From IMG/VR virus record IMGVR_UViG_3300021138_000020: 20,000 bases of DNA, one strand, 5' to 3'. The notes under the pieces were generated by a model. That model saw only the letters and a program-made list of their open reading frames with translations, ran no database searches and was not told the origin of the DNA. This document shows positions 1-8,037 of this stretch, piece by piece. The DNA is from an uncultured virus (IMG/VR IMGVR_UViG_3300021138_000020). Taxonomy: Duplodnaviria > Heunggongvirae > Uroviricota > Caudoviricetes. The position numbers were made by a program, and so were the translations under genes. How positions within the stretch are numbered: position 1 is the stretch's first letter; the number at the start of each line of letters is the position of its first letter.

Positions 1-1
1 G

Positions 2-937
2 ATAACAAATGCCGCTACAGGAGCAGCAGGAGGTAAGGGTGCAGGTGTACCCGGTCTAGGAGCCGCACAAACTGCTGCAGGTAAAGTTGGTGGTATAGGA
101 TCATCACTAGCCGGGGTAGGTAAAGGTATAGGCGATGCTATCAAAGGTGTGCTAAAAGGCCTTGCATCTGGGTTAAGTGCACTGGGCAATCCTAGAGTAT
201 TATTAGGTGGAGTTACGCTAGGTCTATTAGCAGGTACTATCTTTATTGCTGCCAAAGGATTCCAAGAATTTGCCAAGGTAAGCTGGGCAGAAATGGGCAA
301 GGGATTTGTTACACTATTAGGTTTAGGAGCGGTAGCAGCGGTATTAAGTTTTGCTAGTCCCTTGATTTTAACCGGCGCTCTAGCCATAGGTGCACTAGGT
401 CTAGCAATGGTTCCGTTCGGAGTATCAGTTGCACTAGCTGGCCCGCAAATGCAAAACTTAGCCAAAGGGCTAATAATGCTAAGTGATGTTAGTGCCCTTG
501 ATTTATTAAAACTAACAGGTCCTATTGCTGGATTAGGAGTTTCGTTATTGTCTTTAGGTACTGGCATTAAAATGTCAGAATCTGGAATTAAGAGCGTATC
601 AACACTAGGTCCTGCGCTAAACACCTATGCTCAAGGTATTACAGCATTTGGCAAAGCAGTCAATTCAGTAGATCTCATCAAAGCAGAAAAACTAAAATCT
701 GTGTTAAAAGGTCCTACTGCAGCAGAAGCACTATCTAATGCTGGGGCACAAATGATTCAAGCAGTTACTAAGATTGCCACCGGCGGAAAGTCAACAGAAG
801 AAAAAACCGCAGCACAGCTAGAATCATTAAATAGTACAATGAAAGAGTTAGTTAAGTATATGAAGGATACTGCCGAAAATACCGACAAAACTCACAGAGC
901 TGCCAAGTCCTTAAATGGAAATTTATGGGCAGCTTAA
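2..937 (+). CDS. Tape-measure-like tail protein, C-terminal part (runs off the left edge)
   Basis: The frame of ORF 149..937 is open back to position 2 (ITNAATGAAGGKGAGVPGLG...), so the listed GTG start is internal. The protein is Ala/Gly/Leu-rich and helical, with hydrophobic stretches (FVTLLGLGAVAAVLSFASPLILTGALAIGALGLAM) and a coiled-coil-like C-terminus (QLESLNSTMKELVKYMKDTAENT). The function is inferred from composition. Confidence 0.6.
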   Translation: MTNAATGAAGGKGAGVPGLGAAQTAAGKVGGIGSSLAGVGKGIGDAIKGVLKGLASGLSALGNPRVLLGGVTLGLLAGTIFIAAKGFQEFAKVSWAEMGKGFVTLLGLGAVAAVLSFASPLILTGALAIGALGLAMVPFGVSVALAGPQMQNLAKGLIMLSDVSALDLLKLTGPIAGLGVSLLSLGTGIKMSESGIKSVSTLGPALNTYAQGITAFGKAVNSVDLIKAEKLKSVLKGPTAAEALSNAGAQMIQAVTKIATGGKSTEEKTAAQLESLNSTMKELVKYMKDTAENTDKTHRAAKSLNGNLWAA

Positions 938-954
938 ATTAAAGGAATGATCTA

Positions 955-2703
955 ATGTCCGGATGGAAAAAGTATTTTACACCCATTAACGTATCGGGTA
1001 AATTAAGCCCGATTAGCGGTAGTACCAGTATGGGTAGCAATCCTAGCCGCACTAATTATTCCAGCTATTTGCCTGATGTCTATGCTGGCCATCCTAATCG
1101 TTTAGAGCGTTATGGTCAGTATGACACTATGGACAGCGACAGTGAAGTTAATGCTGCCTTTGATATTTTAGCAGAGTTTTGTACGCAATTAAACGAAGAA
1201 AACGGCACACCTTTTCAAATCAAATTCAAGGAACAAGCTACTACAACTGAAATTAAGATCATTAAAAAGTACCTACAACAATGGTGCAAGATCAATAAAT
1301 TCCCAGTTCGTATGTTTAAAATCGTACGAAATGCATTTAAGTTTGGTGATAGTTTCTTTGTTCGCGATCCTGAAAATCAAAAGTGGATGTATGTAGATCC
1401 TGCTAAAGTTGACAAGATTATTGTCAATGAATCAGAAGGTAAGAAGCCTGAACAATATTTCATTCGTGATTTTAATCCCAACTTTGAAACACTAGCTACA
1501 ACTGCTATTCAACCTAGCAATCAAAACGGCGGTGGCAATCAATTTGGCGGAAGCTATGGTTCGGGCGGCGGAGGTGCTGGTGGTTCGAGAGGTATGACTG
1601 GCTCGTTCCCTACAACTGCCAACGGTAGCAGATTCTCCGAAAATCAAAACCAATACGCTATCGATGCTCGTCACGTTATTCACATCTCAATGAGTGAAGG
1701 GTTAGACAACAACTTCCCATTTGGTAATAGTTTAATGGAAAGTATCTTTAAGGTATTCAAACAAAAAGAACTACTTGAAGATGCCATCTTAATCTATCGT
1801 ATACAGCGTGCTCCTGAACGCCGTGTGTTCTATATTGACGTAGGTAATATGCCTAGCCACTTGGCTATGAGCTTTGTTGAGCGTGTTAAGAACGAAGTAA
1901 ATCAACGCCGTATTCCTAGTGTTACAGGTGGTGGACAAAGTGTTATAGATGCAAGTTATAATCCATTGAGCATTAACGAAGATTACTTCTTCCCACAAAC
2001 CGCTGAAGGTAGAGGAAGTAAAGTTGAAATTCTACAAGGCGGGCAGAATCTAGGAGAAATTGATGACCTACGCTACTTTACTAATAAACTGTTTAGAGCT
2101 CTGCGTATCCCTAGTTCTTATCTACCTACTGGTTCGGACGACGGAGGAAGCAGCTTCAATGACGGACGAGTTGGGACAGCCTATATACAAGAATTGCGAT
2201 TCAACAAATACTGCGAACGATTACAAAGCCTAATTACAGAGCCGTTTGATCTTGAGTTTAAACAATACTTGAGTAGTTCTGGTATCAATGTTGACAGCAA
2301 TATTTTCGATCTTAAATTTAATCCACCACAAAACTTTGCTAGCTACAGACAAGCTGAAATGGATACTGCTCGTGTTAACACCTTTAACACCATGGTTGCT
2401 GTGCCCTTTATCAGCAAACGCTTTGCACTAGAACGCTTCCTAGGATTGACCAAAGAAGAAATTGCACAGAACGAAACACAGTGGAAAGAAGAAAATGTTG
2501 ACGAAGATCAATTCTTAAGTGCTAGCAGCGAACTTCGTAGTGCCGGTATCACAGCTGGCGGTATGAGCGGCGATATTGGGGATTTAAGTTCTCCTACACC
2601 TGATGCAGGTATGGAAGATGATGCTGCAGGCGCACCTGCAGGTCAAGCTCCAGGCGGAGATGCTGGCACAGGCGCTCCTGCTACAGGTGGTGCTGAAGCA
2701 TAA
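955..2703 (+). CDS. gp20: Portal vertex protein, T4 gp20-like
   Basis: gp20-family motifs LEDAILIYRIQRAPERRVFYIDVGNMP, EDYFFPQTAEGRGSKVEILQGGQNLGEIDD and LFRALRIPSSYL. AAGGA lies upstream, and the gene precedes the protease, scaffold and capsid genes. Confidence 0.96.
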   Translation: MSGWKKYFTPINVSGKLSPISGSTSMGSNPSRTNYSSYLPDVYAGHPNRLERYGQYDTMDSDSEVNAAFDILAEFCTQLNEENGTPFQIKFKEQATTTEIKIIKKYLQQWCKINKFPVRMFKIVRNAFKFGDSFFVRDPENQKWMYVDPAKVDKIIVNESEGKKPEQYFIRDFNPNFETLATTAIQPSNQNGGGNQFGGSYGSGGGGAGGSRGMTGSFPTTANGSRFSENQNQYAIDARHVIHISMSEGLDNNFPFGNSLMESIFKVFKQKELLEDAILIYRIQRAPERRVFYIDVGNMPSHLAMSFVERVKNEVNQRRIPSVTGGGQSVIDASYNPLSINEDYFFPQTAEGRGSKVEILQGGQNLGEIDDLRYFTNKLFRALRIPSSYLPTGSDDGGSSFNDGRVGTAYIQELRFNKYCERLQSLITEPFDLEFKQYLSSSGINVDSNIFDLKFNPPQNFASYRQAEMDTARVNTFNTMVAVPFISKRFALERFLGLTKEEIAQNETQWKEENVDEDQFLSASSELRSAGITAGGMSGDIGDLSSPTPDAGMEDDAAGAPAGQAPGGDAGTGAPATGGAEA

Positions 2704-2706
2704 ATA
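2701..2706 (+). promoter_or_regulatory. TAAATA late-promoter-like motif
   Basis: CATAAATA resembles the T4 late consensus TATAAATA. It overlaps the portal stop codon and lies 5 nt before ATG 2712. Confidence 0.6.
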
Positions 2707-2711
2707 CTACT

Positions 2712-2960
2712 ATGATTTTAAGAGAGTTTATCTATTTTGACCGTGAACATGCTGATCCTCAGGATGACAGCAGGTATCTCAGCCAGAATGATACTACCAA
2801 TGTTCTGAAGCAAAAAGACCTTCGCAAGACTCGTTTAACATTGAGAATGATCAATGATATACGCAAAGCCAGCGAATCTCATGACAAAGAACATCGTAAA
2901 GAACTAGGGTTAGTGAGAAAAATGTACGCTGCTCCTCCGCCAGAAGCGGCAGCACAATAA
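2712..2960 (+). CDS. Small hypothetical protein in the head cluster (possible prohead core or internal protein, gp67/gp68 position)
   Basis: 82 aa, lying between portal and protease. The N-terminal MILRE matches the I/L-x-E processing motif of the T4 gp21 protease. Confidence 0.7.
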   Translation: MILREFIYFDREHADPQDDSRYLSQNDTTNVLKQKDLRKTRLTLRMINDIRKASESHDKEHRKELGLVRKMYAAPPPEAAAQ

Positions 2961-3095
2961 GTACAAAGATAACTGTGCGGTCTAAAAACTAAATATTTTA
3001 GACAGAAAAATTCAAAAACCAGAAGTAATTCTGCGTCATCAAGGTCAAAACGGCTCGTTTTAGGCCTATTTCGTATATAAATTTCCGCGGTATAG

Positions 3096-3101
3096 TAAAT
3101 A
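3096..3101 (+). promoter_or_regulatory. TAAATA late-promoter-like motif for the core-protease-scaffold-capsid operon
   Basis: GTAAATA is intergenic and is followed by AGGAG (3128-3132) and ATG 3144. Confidence 0.6.
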
Positions 3102-3143
3102 CCATACAGCCTTGCCGCTACCCTAATAGGAGAAATTTATAAC

Positions 3144-4166
3144 ATGTCTACAAAATTTGAACAATTATTAGACTTACTTGTAAACGAAGACATGGAAGGT
3201 GCTAACGCTCTATTCCACGAAATCGTTGTTGAGAAGTCACGTACAATCTACGAAAACCTTATCGCTGAAGAAGAAGATGAGGAAATGGAAGAGTCTGCAG
3301 AAGACGAAGAAATGGATGAAGCCAAAGACGAAGAAGACGAAGATAAAGTCGACGAGTCCATGGACGAAGAAGAAATGGATGAATCCGAAGAAGAATTAGA
3401 AGATTCTTACATGATGGACGGTGCCGACGGTTTCGAAGGCGGCGAAGAAGGTGATGCTGCTGACGAGTTTGGTGGTGAAATCGGCGCTAACGGTCCAGAA
3501 GATGACGAACACGGTCATGAAGGTCAAGAAGATTCTGCTATCTATGATATCAAGAACGCTATTGCTGAACTAGAAGCTGCTTTCGCAGAACTAGAACGTG
3601 CTCAAGGCGGCGAAGAAGCCGAAATGGGTATGGACAACGAGTTTGGTGATGAAGAAGGCGAAGACGAAATGATGGGTCAACCAGCATTCGAAGGGCGTCG
3701 TATGACACGCGAATACGTTGAAAAAGTTGGTCACAACTACGGTGGCAACACACAAAAACAACAAGGCGACTACGCCGGTGCTGCTAGCGGTGAAACACAA
3801 AGCCGTCCAGTAGAAGGTCGTAGCCCAGTAAGTTCTGGTAAAGGCAAACCTAACACAGGTGCTAATGCCAGCAACATCCTAGGCGATATGAGCACTACAG
3901 AAGGCCATACCACAGGTACTACACCTAACAAAGTAAACAAAGGTATTGCTAAAGACAGCGGCGAACAGTTTACTGGTAAAGATTGGGAAACCAACAGCGC
4001 CCCAGGCGGTAAAGCTGGTGTTAAAAACTTGAAGAAACAAGGTTCTGGATATCCAGGAAACAACAAGACCCCAGGTCCAGTTGGTTCCGGTAAAGGTGAC
4101 AAAGCGGGTCAAACTAGCGATGCTAATGGATCCAAAGGTCAATTCCTTCCACAACATACAAAATAA
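3144..4166 (+). CDS. Highly acidic putative prohead core or scaffold-associated protein
   Basis: 340 aa with an AGGAG RBS. The N-terminal half is D/E-rich with repeats EEMEES, EEMDEA, KVDES, EEMDES. The C-terminal half is G/K/S/T-rich and probably disordered. It lies immediately upstream of the protease. Confidence 0.7.
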   Translation: MSTKFEQLLDLLVNEDMEGANALFHEIVVEKSRTIYENLIAEEEDEEMEESAEDEEMDEAKDEEDEDKVDESMDEEEMDESEEELEDSYMMDGADGFEGGEEGDAADEFGGEIGANGPEDDEHGHEGQEDSAIYDIKNAIAELEAAFAELERAQGGEEAEMGMDNEFGDEEGEDEMMGQPAFEGRRMTREYVEKVGHNYGGNTQKQQGDYAGAASGETQSRPVEGRSPVSSGKGKPNTGANASNILGDMSTTEGHTTGTTPNKVNKGIAKDSGEQFTGKDWETNSAPGGKAGVKNLKKQGSGYPGNNKTPGPVGSGKGDKAGQTSDANGSKGQFLPQHTK

Positions 4167-4179
4167 TTAGAGAACACGG

Positions 4180-4812
4180 ATGAGCAAATTCTCCTACTTA
4201 CGTGAACATCTAAGCTTCGACCAGGCTTCCATTGTTATGGAGTCTGACGACAAGGATGGCAAAAGTCTTTACCTAAAAGGTATTGCCATTCAAGGTGGTA
4301 TCCGTAATGCCAATCAACGAGTCTATCCTGTAGATGAAATTGAACGTGCAGTTAATGCATTAAATGACCAAATTAAAAATGGTTATTCAGTGCTAGGAGA
4401 AGTTGATCATCCTGATGATCTAAAAGTAAATTTAGACCGTGTATCCCATATGATCACTCAAATGTGGATGGAAGGTCCAAATGGTTATGGTAAGATGAAA
4501 ATTTTACCTACACCAATGGGAAACTTAGTACGTACTATGCTTGAAGCAGGTGTAAAACTTGGCGTAAGTTCTCGTGGTAGCGGCAATGTCAACGACATGA
4601 ACGGCCATGTATCCGACTTCGAGATTATCACAGTAGACGTAGTTGCCCAACCAAGTGCTCCTGGAGCGTACCCTACACCAGTTTACGAACATTTAATGAA
4701 TGCTCGTGGTGGTGCAAGAGCATTCCGTGTAGCACAAGAAGTAAAAGAAGATCCAAAGGCCCAGAAATATCTTCAAGAATCGCTCTTGAATATTATTAAA
4801 GGTCTAAAATAA
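4180..4812 (+). CDS. gp21: Prohead core protease, T4 gp21-like
   Basis: Motifs RNANQRVYP, LGEVDHP (catalytic His), LGVSSRGSG (catalytic Ser) and DVVAQPSAPGAY. Confidence 0.96.
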   Translation: MSKFSYLREHLSFDQASIVMESDDKDGKSLYLKGIAIQGGIRNANQRVYPVDEIERAVNALNDQIKNGYSVLGEVDHPDDLKVNLDRVSHMITQMWMEGPNGYGKMKILPTPMGNLVRTMLEAGVKLGVSSRGSGNVNDMNGHVSDFEIITVDVVAQPSAPGAYPTPVYEHLMNARGGARAFRVAQEVKEDPKAQKYLQESLLNIIKGLK

Positions 4813-4828
4813 GCCCGAGGAGAAATAA

Positions 4829-5923
4829 ATGTTGGACGCATTCAAACAATTAGTAGAGTCAGGTGTAATGACAGTAGAGACACAACAAGTTGTCGAAACT
4901 GCCCTTGCAACTAAACTACAAGAAACACGCGACCAAGTGACTGCTGAACTTCGTGAAGAGTTTGCACAAAAGTATACACATGACAAACAAGTTATGGTAG
5001 AAGCAATCGACAAGATGTTAAGCGATCGCCTAACCGCTGAGATGTCTGAATTGCATGAAGACAAAAAGGCCCTAGCTGAAGCAAAAGCTGCATACCGTAC
5101 TAAGGTTGCAGAAGATGCTAAAAAACTAGAAGGTTTTGTAATCAAGCAACTTGGAAAAGAATTGGTTGAGTTCCAAGGAGACCGTAAAAAAGTTTCTGAG
5201 AACTTTAACAAGTTAGAGCAATTCGTAGTTCACGCTCTATCTAAAGAAATCAATGAATTTGCCGCTGATAAGAAGGACCTAGCTGAAACTAAAGTCAAGC
5301 TAGTTCGTGAAGCAAAAAGCAAGTTTAGTGAAATTAAGCAAGACTTCATTCAACGCTCTGCCAAGGTCGTTGAAGCCACTGTTACTCGTAAGTTAACATC
5401 TGAAATCAAGCAATTGAAAGAAGACATTGACTCTGCTCGTAACAATGACTTTGGTCGTAAGATCTATGAAGCATTTGCACAAGAGTTTGCTGGTTCCTTC
5501 CTTAACGAAAAATCTGAAACAAGTAAATTGTTAAAGATCATCGAAAAGAAAGAACAAGAACTAGCAGAAGCAAAACAAGCCGTTGAAGAAAAAGCGCATC
5601 TAGTAGAATCCACACAACGCGACCTTCGTGTTACAAAAGATTTGATGGAACGCAAAGCTGCATTAGGCGAGTTGTTGGCTCCGTTAGGTGCCGATAAGAG
5701 AGAGATCATGAAGGAATTGTTGGAATCTGTTCCAACTAAGAAACTAAATGAATCTTTTGACAAATACCTACCAGCAGTGATGGAAGGACAATCACGTAAA
5801 GTAGCTCCTAAGAAAGCTATGTTAAGTGAAAGTGCTGAAGTAACTGGAAATCGTGAAATGAAAGCCGAGGTAGGCTTAGACAATATTTTGGACATCCGCA
5901 AGTTGGCGGGCCTATCCAAATAA
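4829..5923 (+). CDS. gp22: Prohead core scaffolding protein, T4 gp22-like
   Basis: 364 aa, E/K-rich coiled coil containing FGRKIYEAFAQEF. It has a GAGGAG RBS and lies between the protease and the major capsid gene. Confidence 0.85.
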   Translation: MLDAFKQLVESGVMTVETQQVVETALATKLQETRDQVTAELREEFAQKYTHDKQVMVEAIDKMLSDRLTAEMSELHEDKKALAEAKAAYRTKVAEDAKKLEGFVIKQLGKELVEFQGDRKKVSENFNKLEQFVVHALSKEINEFAADKKDLAETKVKLVREAKSKFSEIKQDFIQRSAKVVEATVTRKLTSEIKQLKEDIDSARNNDFGRKIYEAFAQEFAGSFLNEKSETSKLLKIIEKKEQELAEAKQAVEEKAHLVESTQRDLRVTKDLMERKAALGELLAPLGADKREIMKELLESVPTKKLNESFDKYLPAVMEGQSRKVAPKKAMLSESAEVTGNREMKAEVGLDNILDIRKLAGLSK

Positions 5924-5948
5924 TTTATAATTCAAGGAGACAAATAAA

Positions 5949-7136
5949 ATGTCACAACTATTAAACGAAAGATGGTCAGAGACCAAAGACGCTCTGCTTG
6001 AAGGCCTATCTGGTACACGTCGTTCTTCTATGCAAGTTTGCTTAGAAAACACACGTAAGTATTTGGCTGAAAGCGCAACTGCTGGTGCAACAAGTGCTGG
6101 TAACGTAGCAACACTAAACCGTGTTATTCTACCTGTTATCCGTCGTGTTATGCCTACAGTTATTGCCAACGAAATCATCGGTGTTCAACCAATGACTGGT
6201 CCAGTTGGTCAAATCCACACACTACGTGTTCGTTATGCTGATTCTAGCAACGAAGTAGTAGCTGGTGAAGAAGCATTAAGCCCATTCAAGATCGCTCAAG
6301 CCTATTCTGGTAACAACAACAGCACCACACCAGGCGCTGCTGCTACTAGCACACTTGAAGGTCAACCAGGTAACCGCATGAGCATTCAAATCTTGAAAGC
6401 CAGCGTTGAAGCCAAATCACGCAAACTAAGCGCACGTTGGACCTTCGAAGCTGCTCAAGATGCACAAGCTCAACAAGGTATCGATATCGAAGCTGAAATC
6501 ATGGCTGCTCTAGCTCAAGAAATCACAGCTGAAATCGATCAAGAAATCCTAGCTAGCCTACGTGGCTTGGCTACAGTTGAACAGACTTATGACCAATCGT
6601 TGGTTTCTGGTACAGCTACATTCGTTGGTGATGAACACGCCGCTTTGGCCATCATGATCAACCGTGCTGCTAACTTGATCGCTCAACGTACACGTCGTGG
6701 TGCTGCTAACTGGGCTGTTATTTCTAACCAAGCTCTTACAATTCTACAATCTGCTACTACCAGTGCTTTCGCTCGTACTACAGAAGGTACATTCGAAGCT
6801 CCTACAAACACCAAGTTTGTTGGTACATTGAATGGTTCTATGCGTGTTTATGTTGACGCTTATCTACAAGATAGCGGTTCACAAAGCATTCAAGACAACC
6901 AAGTATTGTTAGGCTACAAAGGCGCTTCAGAAGCTGACGCTGCTGCGTTCTATTGCCCTTACATTCCTCTAATGAGCTCTGGTGTTGTTCTAGATCCAGC
7001 TACTTTCGAACCAGTAGTTGGCTTCTTGACTCGCTATGGGTACGTAGAATTGAATAACACGGCCTCGAGCCTAGGAAATGCAGCTGACTACCTAGCTAAA
7101 GTTTCTATCAACTCTAGCACAGTTAGCTTCCAATAA
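5949..7136 (+). CDS. gp23: Major capsid protein, T4 gp23-like
   Basis: Motifs IRRVMPTVIANEIIGVQPMTGPVGQIHTLRVRY, VEAKSRKLSARWTFEAAQD, EITAEIDQEI, FYCPYIPL and DPATFEPVVGFLTRYG. It has an AAGGAG RBS and strongly biased codon usage. Confidence 0.97.
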   Translation: MSQLLNERWSETKDALLEGLSGTRRSSMQVCLENTRKYLAESATAGATSAGNVATLNRVILPVIRRVMPTVIANEIIGVQPMTGPVGQIHTLRVRYADSSNEVVAGEEALSPFKIAQAYSGNNNSTTPGAAATSTLEGQPGNRMSIQILKASVEAKSRKLSARWTFEAAQDAQAQQGIDIEAEIMAALAQEITAEIDQEILASLRGLATVEQTYDQSLVSGTATFVGDEHAALAIMINRAANLIAQRTRRGAANWAVISNQALTILQSATTSAFARTTEGTFEAPTNTKFVGTLNGSMRVYVDAYLQDSGSQSIQDNQVLLGYKGASEADAAAFYCPYIPLMSSGVVLDPATFEPVVGFLTRYGYVELNNTASSLGNAADYLAKVSINSSTVSFQ

Positions 7137-7156
7137 TCCATTTACCTGGATTTCTA

Positions 7157-7183
7157 AAAACCCGCTTCGGCGGGTTTTCTTTT
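7157..7183 (+). terminator. Intrinsic terminator after the major capsid gene
   Basis: AAAACCCGC-TTCG-GCGGGTTTT stem with a cUUCGg tetraloop, followed by CTTTT. Confidence 0.9.
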
Positions 7184-7210
7184 GACTGTTTGTTTTGTAT
7201 CTATTATAAT
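7182..7210 (+). promoter_or_regulatory. Sigma70-like promoter upstream of the endonuclease
   Basis: TTGACT (7182-7187), a 17-nt spacer, then TATAAT (7205-7210). Confidence 0.65.
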
Positions 7211-7231
7211 ATGTAATGCAGCAGACTATAC

Positions 7232-7237
7232 TAAATA
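7232..7237 (+). promoter_or_regulatory. TAAATA late-promoter-like motif
   Basis: CTAAATA lies 5 nt before ATG 7243. Confidence 0.6.
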
Positions 7238-7242
7238 ATAGT

Positions 7243-8037
7243 ATGAAACATTTCATATATAAAACATCCCATCCTAATGGAAAATACTATATTGGTAGAC
7301 ATAGTACTGATAATGAAAACGACGGATATATTGGTTCAGGACGCTGGCCGAGTTCTATAAAAGATAAATCCATTCTTACCAGAGAAATATTGGAATATTT
7401 TTCAGATCAACAGTCTTTAATAGAGGCTGAAGATAGGTATCTTGCAGAACATTTCGGAAAACTAAATTGTATGAATATGAGTAATAGAGGTACTGGTGCC
7501 CCCGTTGGCGATTCAAATCCTATGAAACGATCCGAAGTTAAGGAAAAGTTTAAAGGTGATAATCATTGGACTCATACACAACCAGAAAAACGTGAACAGA
7601 TCAGAGATCTACAAATAGAAAAATATAAAAAAGGTATTCATGTATGGTCTAAAGATCATCCAAATAAAGGCGGATCAGTATCGCGAAATACTGTTAAACA
7701 AGGAAGAAATATCTTTCAAACTAATAATCCTAGTATATGGCGCAGCGAACAAGGTATACACCATTGGCAAGATGGAAAAAGTCCAAACGCTGATGGAAAA
7801 TTAAATAAGAAATTAGTTGAAGAAGGTCGACATAACTTTCTAGGTGCTGAACTTAATAATAAACGTATTGCAGAAGGTACACATAATTTTGTAGGTAGTG
7901 AAAGCAATCTTAAAAGATTAGCCGAAGGACGACATCCAAGTCAACAAAAGAAAATATGTGAGCATTGCGGTAAAGAATCTAGTATAGGTATGTACGTAAG
8001 ATGGCATGGTGATAAATGTAAAGGAAAAACAAAATGA
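7243..8037 (+). CDS. Free-standing GIY-YIG (Seg-like) homing endonuclease
   Basis: N-terminal FIYK...YYIGRH...GYIGSG...EAE...N pattern of GIY-YIG nucleases, G-x-H-x-F/W repeats, and a C-terminal CEHC...H...C zinc-finger-like motif. It is more A-rich than its neighbours. The probable start is 7243 (MKHFIYKT), with an alternative in-frame ATG at 7216. Confidence 0.85.
   Translation: MKHFIYKTSHPNGKYYIGRHSTDNENDGYIGSGRWPSSIKDKSILTREILEYFSDQQSLIEAEDRYLAEHFGKLNCMNMSNRGTGAPVGDSNPMKRSEVKEKFKGDNHWTHTQPEKREQIRDLQIEKYKKGIHVWSKDHPNKGGSVSRNTVKQGRNIFQTNNPSIWRSEQGIHHWQDGKSPNADGKLNKKLVEEGRHNFLGAELNNKRIAEGTHNFVGSESNLKRLAEGRHPSQQKKICEHCGKESSIGMYVRWHGDKCKGKTK

Noticed and set aside
149..151. GTG start for the first ORF
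   Set aside because: The frame is open back to position 2, so the gene begins upstream of the window.
3199..3399. Lys-rich 66-aa alternative-frame ORF
   Set aside because: It is the +1 reading of GAA/GAC-rich acidic codons in 3144..4166, with no independent start signal.
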